DNA of 64,000 nucleotides from Candidatus Rokuibacteriota bacterium (lineage in GTDB: Bacteria > Methylomirabilota > Methylomirabilia > Rokubacteriales > CSP1-6), in contig JACPIQ010000008.1 in assembly GCA_016188005.1 (NCBI GenBank), positions 128,484 to 192,483 of the forward strand, written 5' to 3'. The translations under genes were made by a program, and so were the position numbers. The notes under the pieces were generated by a model. That model worked only from the letters and a program-made list of their open reading frames with translations. It had not been told where the DNA came from and made no database searches. This document shows, piece by piece, positions 21,781 to 34,209 of this stretch (position 1 is the stretch's first letter; the number at the start of each line of letters is the position of its first letter).

Positions 21781-22029
21781 ATGACGAAGCTGCTCATGGC
21801 TCTCGCGATGGTCGCTGTGATGGCGGGGCCGGCGCTGGCGTTCCAGTGCCCCTTGCTGATCAAGCAGATCGAGGACGCGACGGCGGGCAAGAGCGACGCC
21901 GACTCCGCCAAGGCGAAGGCGCTCGTGGCCGAGGCCAAGACGCTGCACGGCGCCGGCAAGCACGCCGAGTCCGTCGCCAAGGCCGAGGAAGCGGCCCAGG
22001 CGATCAAGCTCACCCTCAAGAAGAAGTAG
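21781..22029 (+). CDS. small secreted protein of unknown function
   Basis: Strong Shine-Dalgarno AAAGGAGGTGA 7 nt before the ATG. Signal peptide MTKLLMALAMVAVMAGPALA, then a Lys/Ala-rich helical 60-aa mature part. Confidence 0.55.
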   Translation: MTKLLMALAMVAVMAGPALAFQCPLLIKQIEDATAGKSDADSAKAKALVAEAKTLHGAGKHAESVAKAEEAAQAIKLTLKKK

Positions 22030-22039
22030 CCGGTGCGCT

Positions 22040-22083
22040 CTCCCCCCGGGGGCCCCGCGCGGGTCCCCGGGGAGCCGTTTCTT
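22040..22083 (+). terminator. candidate intrinsic terminator after the small secreted-protein gene
   Basis: The GC hairpin CTCCCCCCGGGGG...CCCCGGGGAG is followed by CCGTTTCTT. Confidence 0.4.
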
Positions 22084-22121
22084 GCGTCCTCCTGCTGAGT
22101 GTGCTTAACATCAGCGCTGAC

Positions 22122-24620
22122 ATGTCCACCGACGATCGTTCCGAGCGCTACCCGTTCGCCGAGATCGAGGCCAAGTGGCAGCGGGTGTGGGAGGAGTCCA
22201 AGCAGTTCAAGGCCACCGAGGAGCCGGACCGGCCGAAGTTCTACTGCCTCGAGATGTTTCCGTACCCCTCCGGCCGCATCCACATGGGCCATGTCCGGGT
22301 CTACGCCATCGGCGACCTGCTGGCCCGCTACAAGTGGATGCGCGGGTTCAACGTGCTGCACCCCATGGGCTGGGACGCCTTCGGGCTGCCCGCCGAGAAT
22401 GCCGCCATCGACAACGGCGTGCAGCCCGCCGTGTGGACGTACGAGAACATCGCCAACATGCGCAGCCAGCTCCGCCGCATGGGTATCTCGTACGACTGGG
22501 ACCGGGAGCTGTGCACCTGCGATCCCGCGTACTACCGCTGGGAGCAGCTCGTCTTCCTCCGCATGCTCGACCGGGGGCTCGCGTACAAGAAGCGCTCCAC
22601 CGTGAACTGGTGCCCGGCATGCCAGACGATCCTGGCCAACGAGCAGGTGGAGGCCGGGCGCTGCTGGCGCTGCGACTCGGAGGTGGCGACGAAGGAGATC
22701 GAGGGGTGGTTCTTCAAGATCACCGCCTATGCCGAGGAGCTCCTGGCCTGGTGCGACCGACTGCCCGGGTGGCCGGAACGGGTCATGACGATGCAGCGCA
22801 ACTGGATCGGTCGGAGCGAGGGCGCCGAGTTCGACCTCCCCGTCGCCGGCCGCGACGGTCTCAAGATCCGCATCTTCACCACGCGCCCGGACACCTCCTT
22901 CGGGATGACGTACGCCGTCCTGGCCCCGGAGCACCCGCTGGTGGAGGCGCTCGCCACCAGTGACACCGAGCTCGCGCGAATCCGGGCCTTCAGGCAGGAC
23001 GTGGCGCGCGAGTCGGAGATCGAGCGGCTGGCCGCGGATCGGCCCAAGCGGGGCCTCAGGCTGACATGCAGGGCGGTGAACCCGTTCACCGGCCAGGAGA
23101 TCCCGCTGTTCCTGGCCGACTACGTCCTCATGGGGTACGGGACCGGCGCCATCATGGCCGTGCCGGGCGAGGACCAGCGGGACTGGGACTTCGCCAAGCA
23201 GCACGGGCTGCCCATCATCCCGACGGTGGCCCGGCCGGATGGCTGGGAGGAGACCCAGGCCTACACCGGCGACGGCGTGAAGATCAACTCGGGCTTCCTC
23301 GACGGGCTCGGCATCGCCGGGGCCAAGCGACGGGCCATCGACTGGCTCGTGGAGCACGGGCTGGGCGAGGCCAGGGTGAATTACCGGCTCCGGGACTGGG
23401 GGATCAGCCGCCAGCGTTACTGGGGCGCGCCCATCCCGGTCCTGCACTGCGCCTCCTGCGGCATGGTCCCCGAGCGCGAGGACCGGCTGCCCGTGGTCCT
23501 GCCGGAGGACGTCCAGATCAGCGGCAAGGGGGGCTCGCCGCTGGCGGAGGTGGCCAGCTTCGTCAACGCCAGCTGCCCCCGCTGCGGCGGCCCGGCCCGG
23601 CGCGAGACGGACACGATGGACACCTTCGTGGAGTCCTCCTGGTACTTCCTGCGCTACTGCTCGCCGCGGTACGCGGAGGGGATGTTCGATCCGAAGGCCG
23701 CGGCATACTGGATGCCCGTGGACCAGTACATCGGCGGCATCGAGCACGCCGTCCTGCATCTGCTCTACGCTCGCTTCTACACGAAGGTGCTGCGGGACCT
23801 GGGCCTCACGACGGCAGACGAGCCGTTCTCGGCGCTGCTCTCCCAGGGCATGGTCATCAAGGACGGGGCCAAGATGTCGAAGTCGAAGGGCAACGTGGTG
23901 GACCCGGACGAGCTGATCCGGCGCTACGGCGCGGACACCGCGCGGCTCTTCTCGCTCTTCGCCGCGCCGCCGGAGAAGGACCTCGACTGGAACGACCGCG
24001 GCGTGGAGGGGGCCTCCCGCTTCCTCAGGCGGCTCTGGCGCTTCGTCCACGCGCACGCGGAGGAGCTGCGCGCGGCCGCTCCGGCGCGCGGGGCGGGGCG
24101 GTCAGGCGCGGGACGCCTCTTCCGCCGCACCATCCACGAGACCATCCAGCGCGTCACCCAGGACATCGAGAAGGACTTCCACTTCAACACGGCCATCAGC
24201 GCCATCATGGAGTTGGTGAACGCTCTCGGCGACTTCGAACGTGAGTCCATGGACACGGTGAGCCGCGAGGAGCGCCAGGCGCTGCTCCGCGAGGCCGTGG
24301 AGACCACGCTCCAGCTCCTGGGGCCCGTGTGTCCCCACATCAGCGAGGAGCTATGGGCGACGCTGGCCCACTCCGGGAGCCTCTTCAAGCAGGCGTGGCC
24401 CACCGCAGAGGTGGCGGCGCTCAGGCGCGAGGAGGTGGAGATCGTCGTCCAGGTGGACGGCCGGGTGCGCGGCCGCGTCACGGTGGACGTCTCGGCGCCC
24501 GAGCAGGAGGTGCAGGACCGGGCGCTGGCCGACGCGAAGGTGCGCCCGTGGCTCGACGGTCGCCAGGTCGCCAAGGTCGTGGTGGTCCCGGGGCGCCTCG
24601 TGAACGTCGTGACGCGCTGA
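22122..24620 (+). CDS. leuS: leucine--tRNA ligase
   Basis: HIGH motif (PYPSGRIHMGHVRVY), KMSKS, and a full LeuRS editing/anticodon architecture. The ATG at 22122 is in frame with the supplied 21771.. ORF. Confidence 0.95.
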   Translation: MSTDDRSERYPFAEIEAKWQRVWEESKQFKATEEPDRPKFYCLEMFPYPSGRIHMGHVRVYAIGDLLARYKWMRGFNVLHPMGWDAFGLPAENAAIDNGVQPAVWTYENIANMRSQLRRMGISYDWDRELCTCDPAYYRWEQLVFLRMLDRGLAYKKRSTVNWCPACQTILANEQVEAGRCWRCDSEVATKEIEGWFFKITAYAEELLAWCDRLPGWPERVMTMQRNWIGRSEGAEFDLPVAGRDGLKIRIFTTRPDTSFGMTYAVLAPEHPLVEALATSDTELARIRAFRQDVARESEIERLAADRPKRGLRLTCRAVNPFTGQEIPLFLADYVLMGYGTGAIMAVPGEDQRDWDFAKQHGLPIIPTVARPDGWEETQAYTGDGVKINSGFLDGLGIAGAKRRAIDWLVEHGLGEARVNYRLRDWGISRQRYWGAPIPVLHCASCGMVPEREDRLPVVLPEDVQISGKGGSPLAEVASFVNASCPRCGGPARRETDTMDTFVESSWYFLRYCSPRYAEGMFDPKAAAYWMPVDQYIGGIEHAVLHLLYARFYTKVLRDLGLTTADEPFSALLSQGMVIKDGAKMSKSKGNVVDPDELIRRYGADTARLFSLFAAPPEKDLDWNDRGVEGASRFLRRLWRFVHAHAEELRAAAPARGAGRSGAGRLFRRTIHETIQRVTQDIEKDFHFNTAISAIMELVNALGDFERESMDTVSREERQALLREAVETTLQLLGPVCPHISEELWATLAHSGSLFKQAWPTAEVAALRREEVEIVVQVDGRVRGRVTVDVSAPEQEVQDRALADAKVRPWLDGRQVAKVVVVPGRLVNVVTR

Positions 24621-25159
24621 TGCCCCGGCCGCCGCGACGGCCCGCCGGGCGTGACCCCTGGCTGTCCGTGGGGGGAGCCCTCCTCGTGGGCCTCCTCCTG
24701 GGCGGCTGCGGCTACAGCCTCCGCGGGAACCTGCCGCCCCACATCAAGACGGTTGCCGTCCCCACCTTTCAGAACGCGACGCAGGAGCCGGCGGTGGAGA
24801 ACACGGTGACGGCGGCCGTGGTGGGCGCCTTCGCGAGCAGCGGCAAGCTCAGGGTCGTCGCGCCGGAGGAGGCGGATGCGATCCTGGAAGGGGAGATCGT
24901 CGGCTACGAGATCCAGTCCATCGCCGTCGACCGGACGCTCAACGTACGCGAGTACCGGCTGCTGGTGACGCTCAACATCAGGTTCCGGGACGTCCGGAGG
25001 GGCGAGATGCTCTGGCGCCAGGAGGGGCTACAGGAGAAGGCCGACTTTCGCGTCCCGGGACAGGTGTCCGCGACGATCAGCCGCGAGGAGGCCGCCGTCC
25101 GGGAGGCGGCCGTGGACATCGGCCGGAAGATCGTGAACCTGGTGGTGGACCGCTTCTAG
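24620..25159 (+). CDS. lptE: LPS-assembly lipoprotein LptE (RlpB-like)
   Basis: The ATG overlaps the leuS stop (TGATG). The lipobox is LLLGGCGYSL. The 179-aa size and leuS-lptE-holA synteny match E. coli. Confidence 0.75.
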   Translation: MPRPPRRPAGRDPWLSVGGALLVGLLLGGCGYSLRGNLPPHIKTVAVPTFQNATQEPAVENTVTAAVVGAFASSGKLRVVAPEEADAILEGEIVGYEIQSIAVDRTLNVREYRLLVTLNIRFRDVRRGEMLWRQEGLQEKADFRVPGQVSATISREEAAVREAAVDIGRKIVNLVVDRF

Positions 25160-26154
25160 TGGACTACGCGGGGTTCATGCGGGCCGCGGGATCGGGGCGC
25201 ACGCCGCCCGTGGTGCTGCTGCACGGCCCCGAGCCGCTCCTGCTGGAAGATGCCGTCGCCGCCGTCACCCGCGCGCTCTTCCCCGACCCGTCGCTGGCGG
25301 CCCTGTCCCGGGAGGTGCTCGAGGTACGGGAGGCCGGGGTCCACGAGATCCTCCGCTCAGCGCTCACCCTGCCCTGCCTCACGCCCTCACGGCTCGTCGT
25401 CGCGCGCGGGGCCGATGGCCTGCCTGCCAAGCAGGCGGAGCCGCTCGCCGCATACTGCAAGGCGCCCAATCCTTCCACCGTGCTCCTCCTTGTCGCCGGG
25501 GAGACGCTCGCGCCGAGCCACTGGCTGCTCCGGCTATTGCCGGCCGCCGCGGTGGTGACGGCCCCCCGCCCTGCGGGTCACGCCGTGCTCACGTGGCTGC
25601 GCGGGCGCGCGAAGGCGGCCGGCTTCGAGTTGGAAGAGGAGGCGGCGGCCCTGCTGGTGGAGTTGACGGGTGAGGACCTCGCGGCGCTCGTGGGCGAGGT
25701 GGAGAAGGCCGCGCTGGCCGGCGGCCCTGACAACCGTCGCGTCGGCCCCGCCGAGGTGCGTGCCGTGGTGGGCGAGCACCGGCTGCGGAACGTCTTCGAG
25801 CTGACCGACGCGCTGGCGGCTCGCGACCTCGCGCGTGCCCTTGGCGTCCTCGCCTCGCTTCTCCAGGCCGGCGAGGAGCCGCTGGCCGTGCTCGCGATGC
25901 TCGCGCGAGAAGCCCGCGCCGCCTGGCAGGCGCAGCAGTGGCTCCGCGCCGGGCGCAGCCCTGACGAGGTCGTCCGGGCGCTCCACCGGCCTCAGGCGGC
26001 AGGCGCGGCCCTCGTGCGGCTGGCCGGCGCGCTGCCGCCGCGGGCGGGCAGCCGCCGCCTGGCGCGCTGCTGGGACGTCGAGCGCCGGCTGAAGCTCGGC
26101 GCGCCGGCCCGTCCCGAGTTGTCGCTCCTCCTCGCGGATCTGTGCGCGGCCTAG
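25159..26154 (+). CDS. holA: DNA polymerase III subunit delta
   Basis: VVLLHGPEPLLLEDAV...GEDLAALVGEVEKAAL... is a delta-subunit clamp-loader fold. Position after lptE supports the call. Confidence 0.8.
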   Translation: MDYAGFMRAAGSGRTPPVVLLHGPEPLLLEDAVAAVTRALFPDPSLAALSREVLEVREAGVHEILRSALTLPCLTPSRLVVARGADGLPAKQAEPLAAYCKAPNPSTVLLLVAGETLAPSHWLLRLLPAAAVVTAPRPAGHAVLTWLRGRAKAAGFELEEEAAALLVELTGEDLAALVGEVEKAALAGGPDNRRVGPAEVRAVVGEHRLRNVFELTDALAARDLARALGVLASLLQAGEEPLAVLAMLAREARAAWQAQQWLRAGRSPDEVVRALHRPQAAGAALVRLAGALPPRAGSRRLARCWDVERRLKLGAPARPELSLLLADLCAA

Positions 26155-27527
26155 CCTGCGAGCTGCACGAACTCGCGCGGGACGCCGGGCGAGCCGCCGG
26201 GGGCTGGTCCGGACTCGCCGTCGTCCTCATGGCGCTGTGTGCCACCGCTCCGGCGGCCGCCGAGCTGACGGCCGGGGCGGCGTCCGTGGAGGTGGCGCTG
26301 CCCGGCGGGACGCCGCTCGCGGGATATGGCGGCTTCCCTCGCCGCGCCTGGATACCGGACATGCTCGACCGCCGCCCCCACGCGTTCTGGCTCAAGCCTT
26401 CCGAGGGGGTCCACGACCCGTTCGTGGTGCGCGCGCTCGAGCTCGAGTCCGGGGACACACGGGTGCTCTGGCTGGCCGTGGACCTGGTCGGCATCGACCC
26501 GAGCCTGGTGGACGAGCTCGGTCAGCGCCTGGCCCGGGCAGGGCAGGGCCCCTCGGCCCTCATCGTGTCCGCCTCGCACACGCACTCGGGACCCGGCGCC
26601 TTCGGCCACTCGGCGCTCTTCGGCTTCCTGGCCATCGATCGTCCGTCGCCCGGGGTGAGAGCGCGCATCCTCGACGGGCTGGTCCGGGCGGCCCACGAGG
26701 CGCATGCGCGGCGGGCGCCGGCGCTGGTGGGCGGGGGACGAGTGCAGGTGACCGGCGTTGCGAAGAGCCGCTTGCGGGCGCCGCTGGATCCCGAGCTCGG
26801 CGTTCTCAAGGTCCTGTCGCGGGAGGGCCGGCCGGTAGCGCTGCTCTGGAACTACGCCGTGCACGGCACGGCCCTGGGGAGGGACAATCTCTTGCTCTCG
26901 GGCGATCTCATGGCCGAGGCCTCGGCACGGATCGAGCGTGCGCTCGAGGCCCCAGCGCTCTTCGTCAATGGCGCCGTGGGGGACGTGAGCCCGGCGCGGC
27001 GGGGCCGGGCAGGCGCCCGAAGCCTGGGCGAGGCCCTCGCCGGAGGAGCGCTCGATGCCTGGGGGCGGATCAAGGTGGAGCCCGGCGCGCGCCTGGCGGC
27101 CATGACCGAGCGCATTGGTCTGGGCGCTCCCGCGCTGCGTGTGAGGAATTGCGTCGGACGGTGGGTACCGCGGTGGTTCAGCCTCGGGCTGGGCCGGGCG
27201 CTGCCCCGCTCGTCAGAGATGGTGGCGGTGGCGGTGGGGCGCACGGCCTGGGTCACGATCCCCGGCGAGCTGGAGACGCGGCTCGGACTGGCGCTCAAGG
27301 CGGCGGTCCCCCGGCCGCTGGAGCAGGTCTTCGTGGCCGGAGTGTCCAACGACTACCTGGGATACTTCCTCACGGCCGAAGCCTACGATCGGCCGGGCTA
27401 CATCGCGTGCGCCAGCCTCTACGGCGAGAGCGGCGGGGAAACGATGCGCGCTGCGGCGGCGGCCCTCCTCACACGCCTCGCCGCCACCCTCCCCCCCGAT
27501 CCCCCCGCTGCATCGGCGCCCCGATGA
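26142..27527 (+). CDS. neutral/alkaline ceramidase-like exported hydrolase (start uncertain)
   Basis: The VSASHTHSGPGAFG motif and overall layout resemble the neutral ceramidase N-terminal domain. A probable signal peptide (…GLAVVLMALCATAPAAA) is present. The stop TGA lies inside the first copy of the tandem repeat. Confidence 0.65.
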   Translation: MRGLACELHELARDAGRAAGGWSGLAVVLMALCATAPAAAELTAGAASVEVALPGGTPLAGYGGFPRRAWIPDMLDRRPHAFWLKPSEGVHDPFVVRALELESGDTRVLWLAVDLVGIDPSLVDELGQRLARAGQGPSALIVSASHTHSGPGAFGHSALFGFLAIDRPSPGVRARILDGLVRAAHEAHARRAPALVGGGRVQVTGVAKSRLRAPLDPELGVLKVLSREGRPVALLWNYAVHGTALGRDNLLLSGDLMAEASARIERALEAPALFVNGAVGDVSPARRGRAGARSLGEALAGGALDAWGRIKVEPGARLAAMTERIGLGAPALRVRNCVGRWVPRWFSLGLGRALPRSSEMVAVAVGRTAWVTIPGELETRLGLALKAAVPRPLEQVFVAGVSNDYLGYFLTAEAYDRPGYIACASLYGESGGETMRAAAAALLTRLAATLPPDPPAASAPR

Positions 27528-27898
27528 GCCCGTCAGGGCGAAGAGGCCGAACCGCAGCCCGAAGTCATCCCCATTCAGGCGCCCCGATGAGCCCGTCAGG
27601 GCGAAGAGGCCGAACCGCAGCCCGAAGTCATCCACATTCAGGCGCCCCGATGAGCCCGTCAGGGCGAAGAGGCCGAACCGCAGCCCGAAGTCATCCACAT
27701 TCAGGCGTCCCGATGAGCCCGTCAGGGCGAAGAGGCCAAATCGCAGCCCGAGGTCATCCCCATTCAGGCGTCCCGATGAGCCCGTCAGGGCGAAGAGGCC
27801 GAACCGCAGCCCGAGGTCATCCCCATTCAGGCGTCCCGGTGACCCCGTCAGGGCGAAGAGGCCGAACCGCAGCCCGAAGTCATCCCCATTCAGGCGTG
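27521..27898. repeat. tandem array of 6 near-identical 63-bp repeats (non-coding, convergent intergenic)
   Basis: Units start at 27521, 27584, 27647, 27710, 27773 and 27836. The unit is ccgatgagcccgtcagggcgaagaggccgaaccgcagcccgaagtcatccacattcaggcgcc with only a few substitutions between copies. Confidence 0.9.
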
Positions 27899-27925
27899 AA
27901 GAAGAAGCCCGTGCGACCTGCCCGG

Positions 27926-28186
27926 CTACTTGACGCGGTGAAGGCTGCGGGCGAGGGCGGACTTCTTGCGAGCGGCGGTGTTCCTGTGCAGCACGCCCTG
28001 GGTGACGGCCTTGTCCAGCGTGCGGAGGGCTTCGCGGACTGCCGCCGGGGCATCCGCCGGCTGGGTCTCTACCGCGGTCGAGGCGCTCTTGAGCACCGAC
28101 CGGATCTTGCTGCGCGCCGCGCGGTTACGCTGCCGGCGCTTCTCGTTCTGCCTCGTCCGCTTGACGGCGGATCGCGTGTTGGCCAC
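27926..28186 (-). CDS. rpsT: 30S ribosomal protein S20
   Basis: MANTRSAVKRTRQNEKRRQRNRAARSKIRSVLK...HRNTAARKKSALARSLHRVK is typical S20. GTG start at 28186 with GAGGAG 7 nt upstream. The supplied ORF start at 28201 is 5 codons too long. Confidence 0.85.
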   Translation of the reverse strand: MANTRSAVKRTRQNEKRRQRNRAARSKIRSVLKSASTAVETQPADAPAAVREALRTLDKAVTQGVLHRNTAARKKSALARSLHRVK

Positions 28187-28281
28187 GGGAGCACTCCTCA
28201 CTGGGTGTTGGCGTCGATGTGGGCTGCGGGCAAGGCCTGACGTTACCGTCGGGGCACAAGCGTGTCAAGGAGTTTGTCCTC

Positions 28282-29865
28282 GTGAGCGACCCGCAAAAGG
28301 ACGTGCACGCCTCTGTGGTGAGCGCGGTGGGGAGCATCGGGCTGGCCACACTGGCGAGCCGGGTCCTCGGCTATGTTCGCGACATGGTGGTGGCGCGGAC
28401 GTTCGGCGCCGGCCCCGTCACGGACGCCTTCTTCGTGGCCTTCAGGATCCCTAACTTGCTGCGCCGCCTGCTCGCCGAAGGGGCGCTGTCCACGGCAATC
28501 ATCCCGGTCTTGACCGCCTATCTCACGCGCGAGAGCGCCCCCGTGGTGGCGCGGATGCTGCGTGCGGTGGCGGGAGCAGGCACCGCCACCCTCTGCCTCG
28601 TCTCCGTCCTGGGCGTCTTCGGGGCGCCGTGGATCGTCACGGTGATGGCGCCGGGCTGGGCGGCGGATCCGCCGCTGCTGGCCCTGGCGGTGCGGCTGAC
28701 CCGCGTCATGTTCCCGTACATCCTCCTGGTCGGGCTCGCAGCGCTGGCGGCCGGGATCCTCAACGCCCATCACCGCTTCTTCACCGCCGCCCTGGGGCCG
28801 GCGGTGCTGAACCTCGGGATGATCGGGGCGGTGCTGCTGCTCGCGGCGCGCGTGGACCCGCCCGTCCTCTCGCTGGCCCTCGGTGTCCTGGTCGGCGGGG
28901 TCGGGCAGCTGCTGGTGCAGCTGCCGGAGGTGAAGCGTCTGGGGTTGCCCCTGTGCCCTTCCCTGGAGTGGTCGCACCCGGCGCTGCGGACCATCGCGCG
29001 CCGCCTGGCGCCGGCCGCCTTCGGCCTCGCGGCGGTCCAGATCACGGTCGTGGTGAACACGCTCCTGGCCTCGCTCCTGCCGACCGGCAGCGTGTCGTAC
29101 CTCTACTATGCCGACCGGGTCATGGAGTTCCCGCTCGGCGTGTTCGGCATCGCCCTGGCGACGGCCGCGCTGCCGAGCATGGCGGCCCAGGCGGCCCGGG
29201 GAGACCACGGGTCCCTGGCGGACACGCTGAATTTCTCGCTGCGCCTCACGGCTTTCACCGCGGTGCCGGCCGCGGTGGGCCTCATCACCCTCGGGGCGCC
29301 CATCGTCGGCCTGCTCTTCCAGCGGGGCCGTTTCGGGCCTGAGGAGGCGGCCGCCACGACACTCGCGCTGACGGGGTATGCGGCGGGCCTGCCGGCGTTC
29401 TCGGCCACCCGCCTTGCCGCGCAGACCTTCTACGCGCTGGGAGACACGCGCACGCCCGTCCTGCTCGGCTTCGCCTCGGTGGCCGCCAACGTCGCTCTCG
29501 CGCTGGTGCTCATGTGGCCCCTCGGGCATGCGGGGCTCGCGCTGGCCTCGTCCTTGTCCTCCTACGTCAACCTGCTCGGCCTCGGCTGGCGGCTCAGGGT
29601 CAGGCTGGGGCCCATCGGGGGGCGCCGCATGGTCACGTCGCTGGCCCGCACGCTCGGGGCCGCGACCGCGCTCGTCCTCTGGTGCCTCTGGCTCGCGCCG
29701 GCCTGGGATGGCTCGCTGCGGGCGGCGGCGTGGACGGTTCTCGCCATCGGCGGGGGCGGAGTGGTCTACGGGGCAGCGGCCCTGGCGCTGCGGGCGCCGG
29801 AGCTCACTGCGCTGCTCGGGTTGGCGCGCCGGGGGCAATCCTTGCCCGGTGCGCGCGGAGGGTGA
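28282..29865 (+). CDS. murJ: lipid II flippase MurJ (MviN)
   Basis: …SVGSIGLATLASRVLGYVRDMVVARTFGAG… is the canonical MurJ N-terminus, with 14 TM helices. AAGGAG lies 9 nt before the GTG at 28282. Confidence 0.9.
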   Translation: MSDPQKDVHASVVSAVGSIGLATLASRVLGYVRDMVVARTFGAGPVTDAFFVAFRIPNLLRRLLAEGALSTAIIPVLTAYLTRESAPVVARMLRAVAGAGTATLCLVSVLGVFGAPWIVTVMAPGWAADPPLLALAVRLTRVMFPYILLVGLAALAAGILNAHHRFFTAALGPAVLNLGMIGAVLLLAARVDPPVLSLALGVLVGGVGQLLVQLPEVKRLGLPLCPSLEWSHPALRTIARRLAPAAFGLAAVQITVVVNTLLASLLPTGSVSYLYYADRVMEFPLGVFGIALATAALPSMAAQAARGDHGSLADTLNFSLRLTAFTAVPAAVGLITLGAPIVGLLFQRGRFGPEEAAATTLALTGYAAGLPAFSATRLAAQTFYALGDTRTPVLLGFASVAANVALALVLMWPLGHAGLALASSLSSYVNLLGLGWRLRVRLGPIGGRRMVTSLARTLGAATALVLWCLWLAPAWDGSLRAAAWTVLAIGGGGVVYGAAALALRAPELTALLGLARRGQSLPGARGG

Positions 29866-29989
29866 TACACTTCGTCATGCCCGCCGAGCTTGCTGGAGGC
29901 GCCCCGGTGGTGGCCAGGCAGACGGATCAGAGCCACCGCCGGGGCGTCGCCGCGTTCCGTCTGCACTCGACCAGCGCCAGGGGCTGGTG

Positions 29990-30901
29990 ATGGATCCGGT
30001 GACCGCCTTCCTCGAGGCCCTCCAGCTGGAGCGGGGGGCCTCTCATAATACTGTCTCCGCCTACCGCGGCGACCTGGCCGACTTGAGCCGGTTTCTGGAG
30101 CGCAGCGGACGGAGCCTCCGCGCGGTGACGCTCCGCGATCTCGCCGACTACGTGATGTCCCTGAGACGCCGCGGGCTCGGCACGCGAAGCGTGGCGCGCC
30201 GGCTGTCGGCGGTGCGGGGGCTTTACCGTTTCCTTGCGGCCGCGGGCGGCATTGCGCGGGATCCCACCGAGCACCTGGAGAGCCCCAGGCCGCCGCGCCG
30301 GTTGCCGAGGACGCTGTCCGTCGAGGACGCGGCCGCCGTGGTCGAGACGCCCGACACGACGCGTCCAGAAGGGCTCCGGGACCGTGCGCTGCTGGAACTG
30401 CTCTATGCCTCGGGCATGCGCGCCTCCGAGGCGCTGGGGCTGAGGCTCGAGGACCTCAACCTCACCGCCGGGTACGTGGTGTGCATGGGCAAGGGGAGCC
30501 GTCAGCGGCTGGTGCCCGTCGGAGGCCAGGCGCTCCGCTGGCTCCGGCTCTACCTCAACACGGCACGAGGCCGGTTCGTACGGCGGTCGGATCCCGGCAC
30601 GGTCTTCCTCGGCCGGCTGGGAGGGCCGCTGTCCCGCCAGTCGGTGTGGGGGATCCTCAAGCGCGCGGCGCGCCGCGCGGGCATCCGGGGTGGGGTATCG
30701 CCACACACGCTGCGCCACTGTTTCGCCAGCCATCTCCTCGAGCGCGGCGCCGACCTCCGCTCGGTCCAGGCCATGCTGGGACACGCCGACATCTCGACGA
30801 CGCAGATCTACACGCACCTGCCCTCGACCGTGGTCCACGAGATGTACCGGAAGTTTCACCCGCGCGCCCGCCGCGCGCCCGCTCTCGGTGCTCAAGGCTA
30901 G
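29990..30901 (+). CDS. xerD: site-specific tyrosine recombinase XerD/XerC
   Basis: N-terminal SAM-like domain plus a catalytic R...HxxR...Y region ([38 protein letters not shown]). Confidence 0.9.
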   Translation: MDPVTAFLEALQLERGASHNTVSAYRGDLADLSRFLERSGRSLRAVTLRDLADYVMSLRRRGLGTRSVARRLSAVRGLYRFLAAAGGIARDPTEHLESPRPPRRLPRTLSVEDAAAVVETPDTTRPEGLRDRALLELLYASGMRASEALGLRLEDLNLTAGYVVCMGKGSRQRLVPVGGQALRWLRLYLNTARGRFVRRSDPGTVFLGRLGGPLSRQSVWGILKRAARRAGIRGGVSPHTLRHCFASHLLERGADLRSVQAMLGHADISTTQIYTHLPSTVVHEMYRKFHPRARRAPALGAQG

Positions 30902-30959
30902 GGCCGTGGCGAGGGCGGGGACGCTGTACCCGCAGGTGGATCCCGGGGCGGCCGGCCTG

Positions 30960-34207
<3,248 letters not shown>

Positions 34208-34209
34208 GG

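Noticed and set aside
27521-27898. Possible CRISPR array (regularly spaced repeats)
   Set aside because: Entire 63-bp units repeat head-to-tail with no unique spacers, and no cas genes are nearby. The same holds for 57856-58050.
26237-28240. Supplied 667-aa ORF translating the tandem repeats as a 21-aa-repeat protein (…SPSGRRGRTAARSHPHSGAPM…), and minus-strand ORF 27213..27698 (DDFGLRFGLFALTGSSGRLN repeats)
   Set aside because: Both frames run antisense through well-supported genes (the ceramidase-like gene and rpsT) and have no start or Shine-Dalgarno context. They are open-frame artefacts of 70% GC DNA plus a repeat period divisible by 3.
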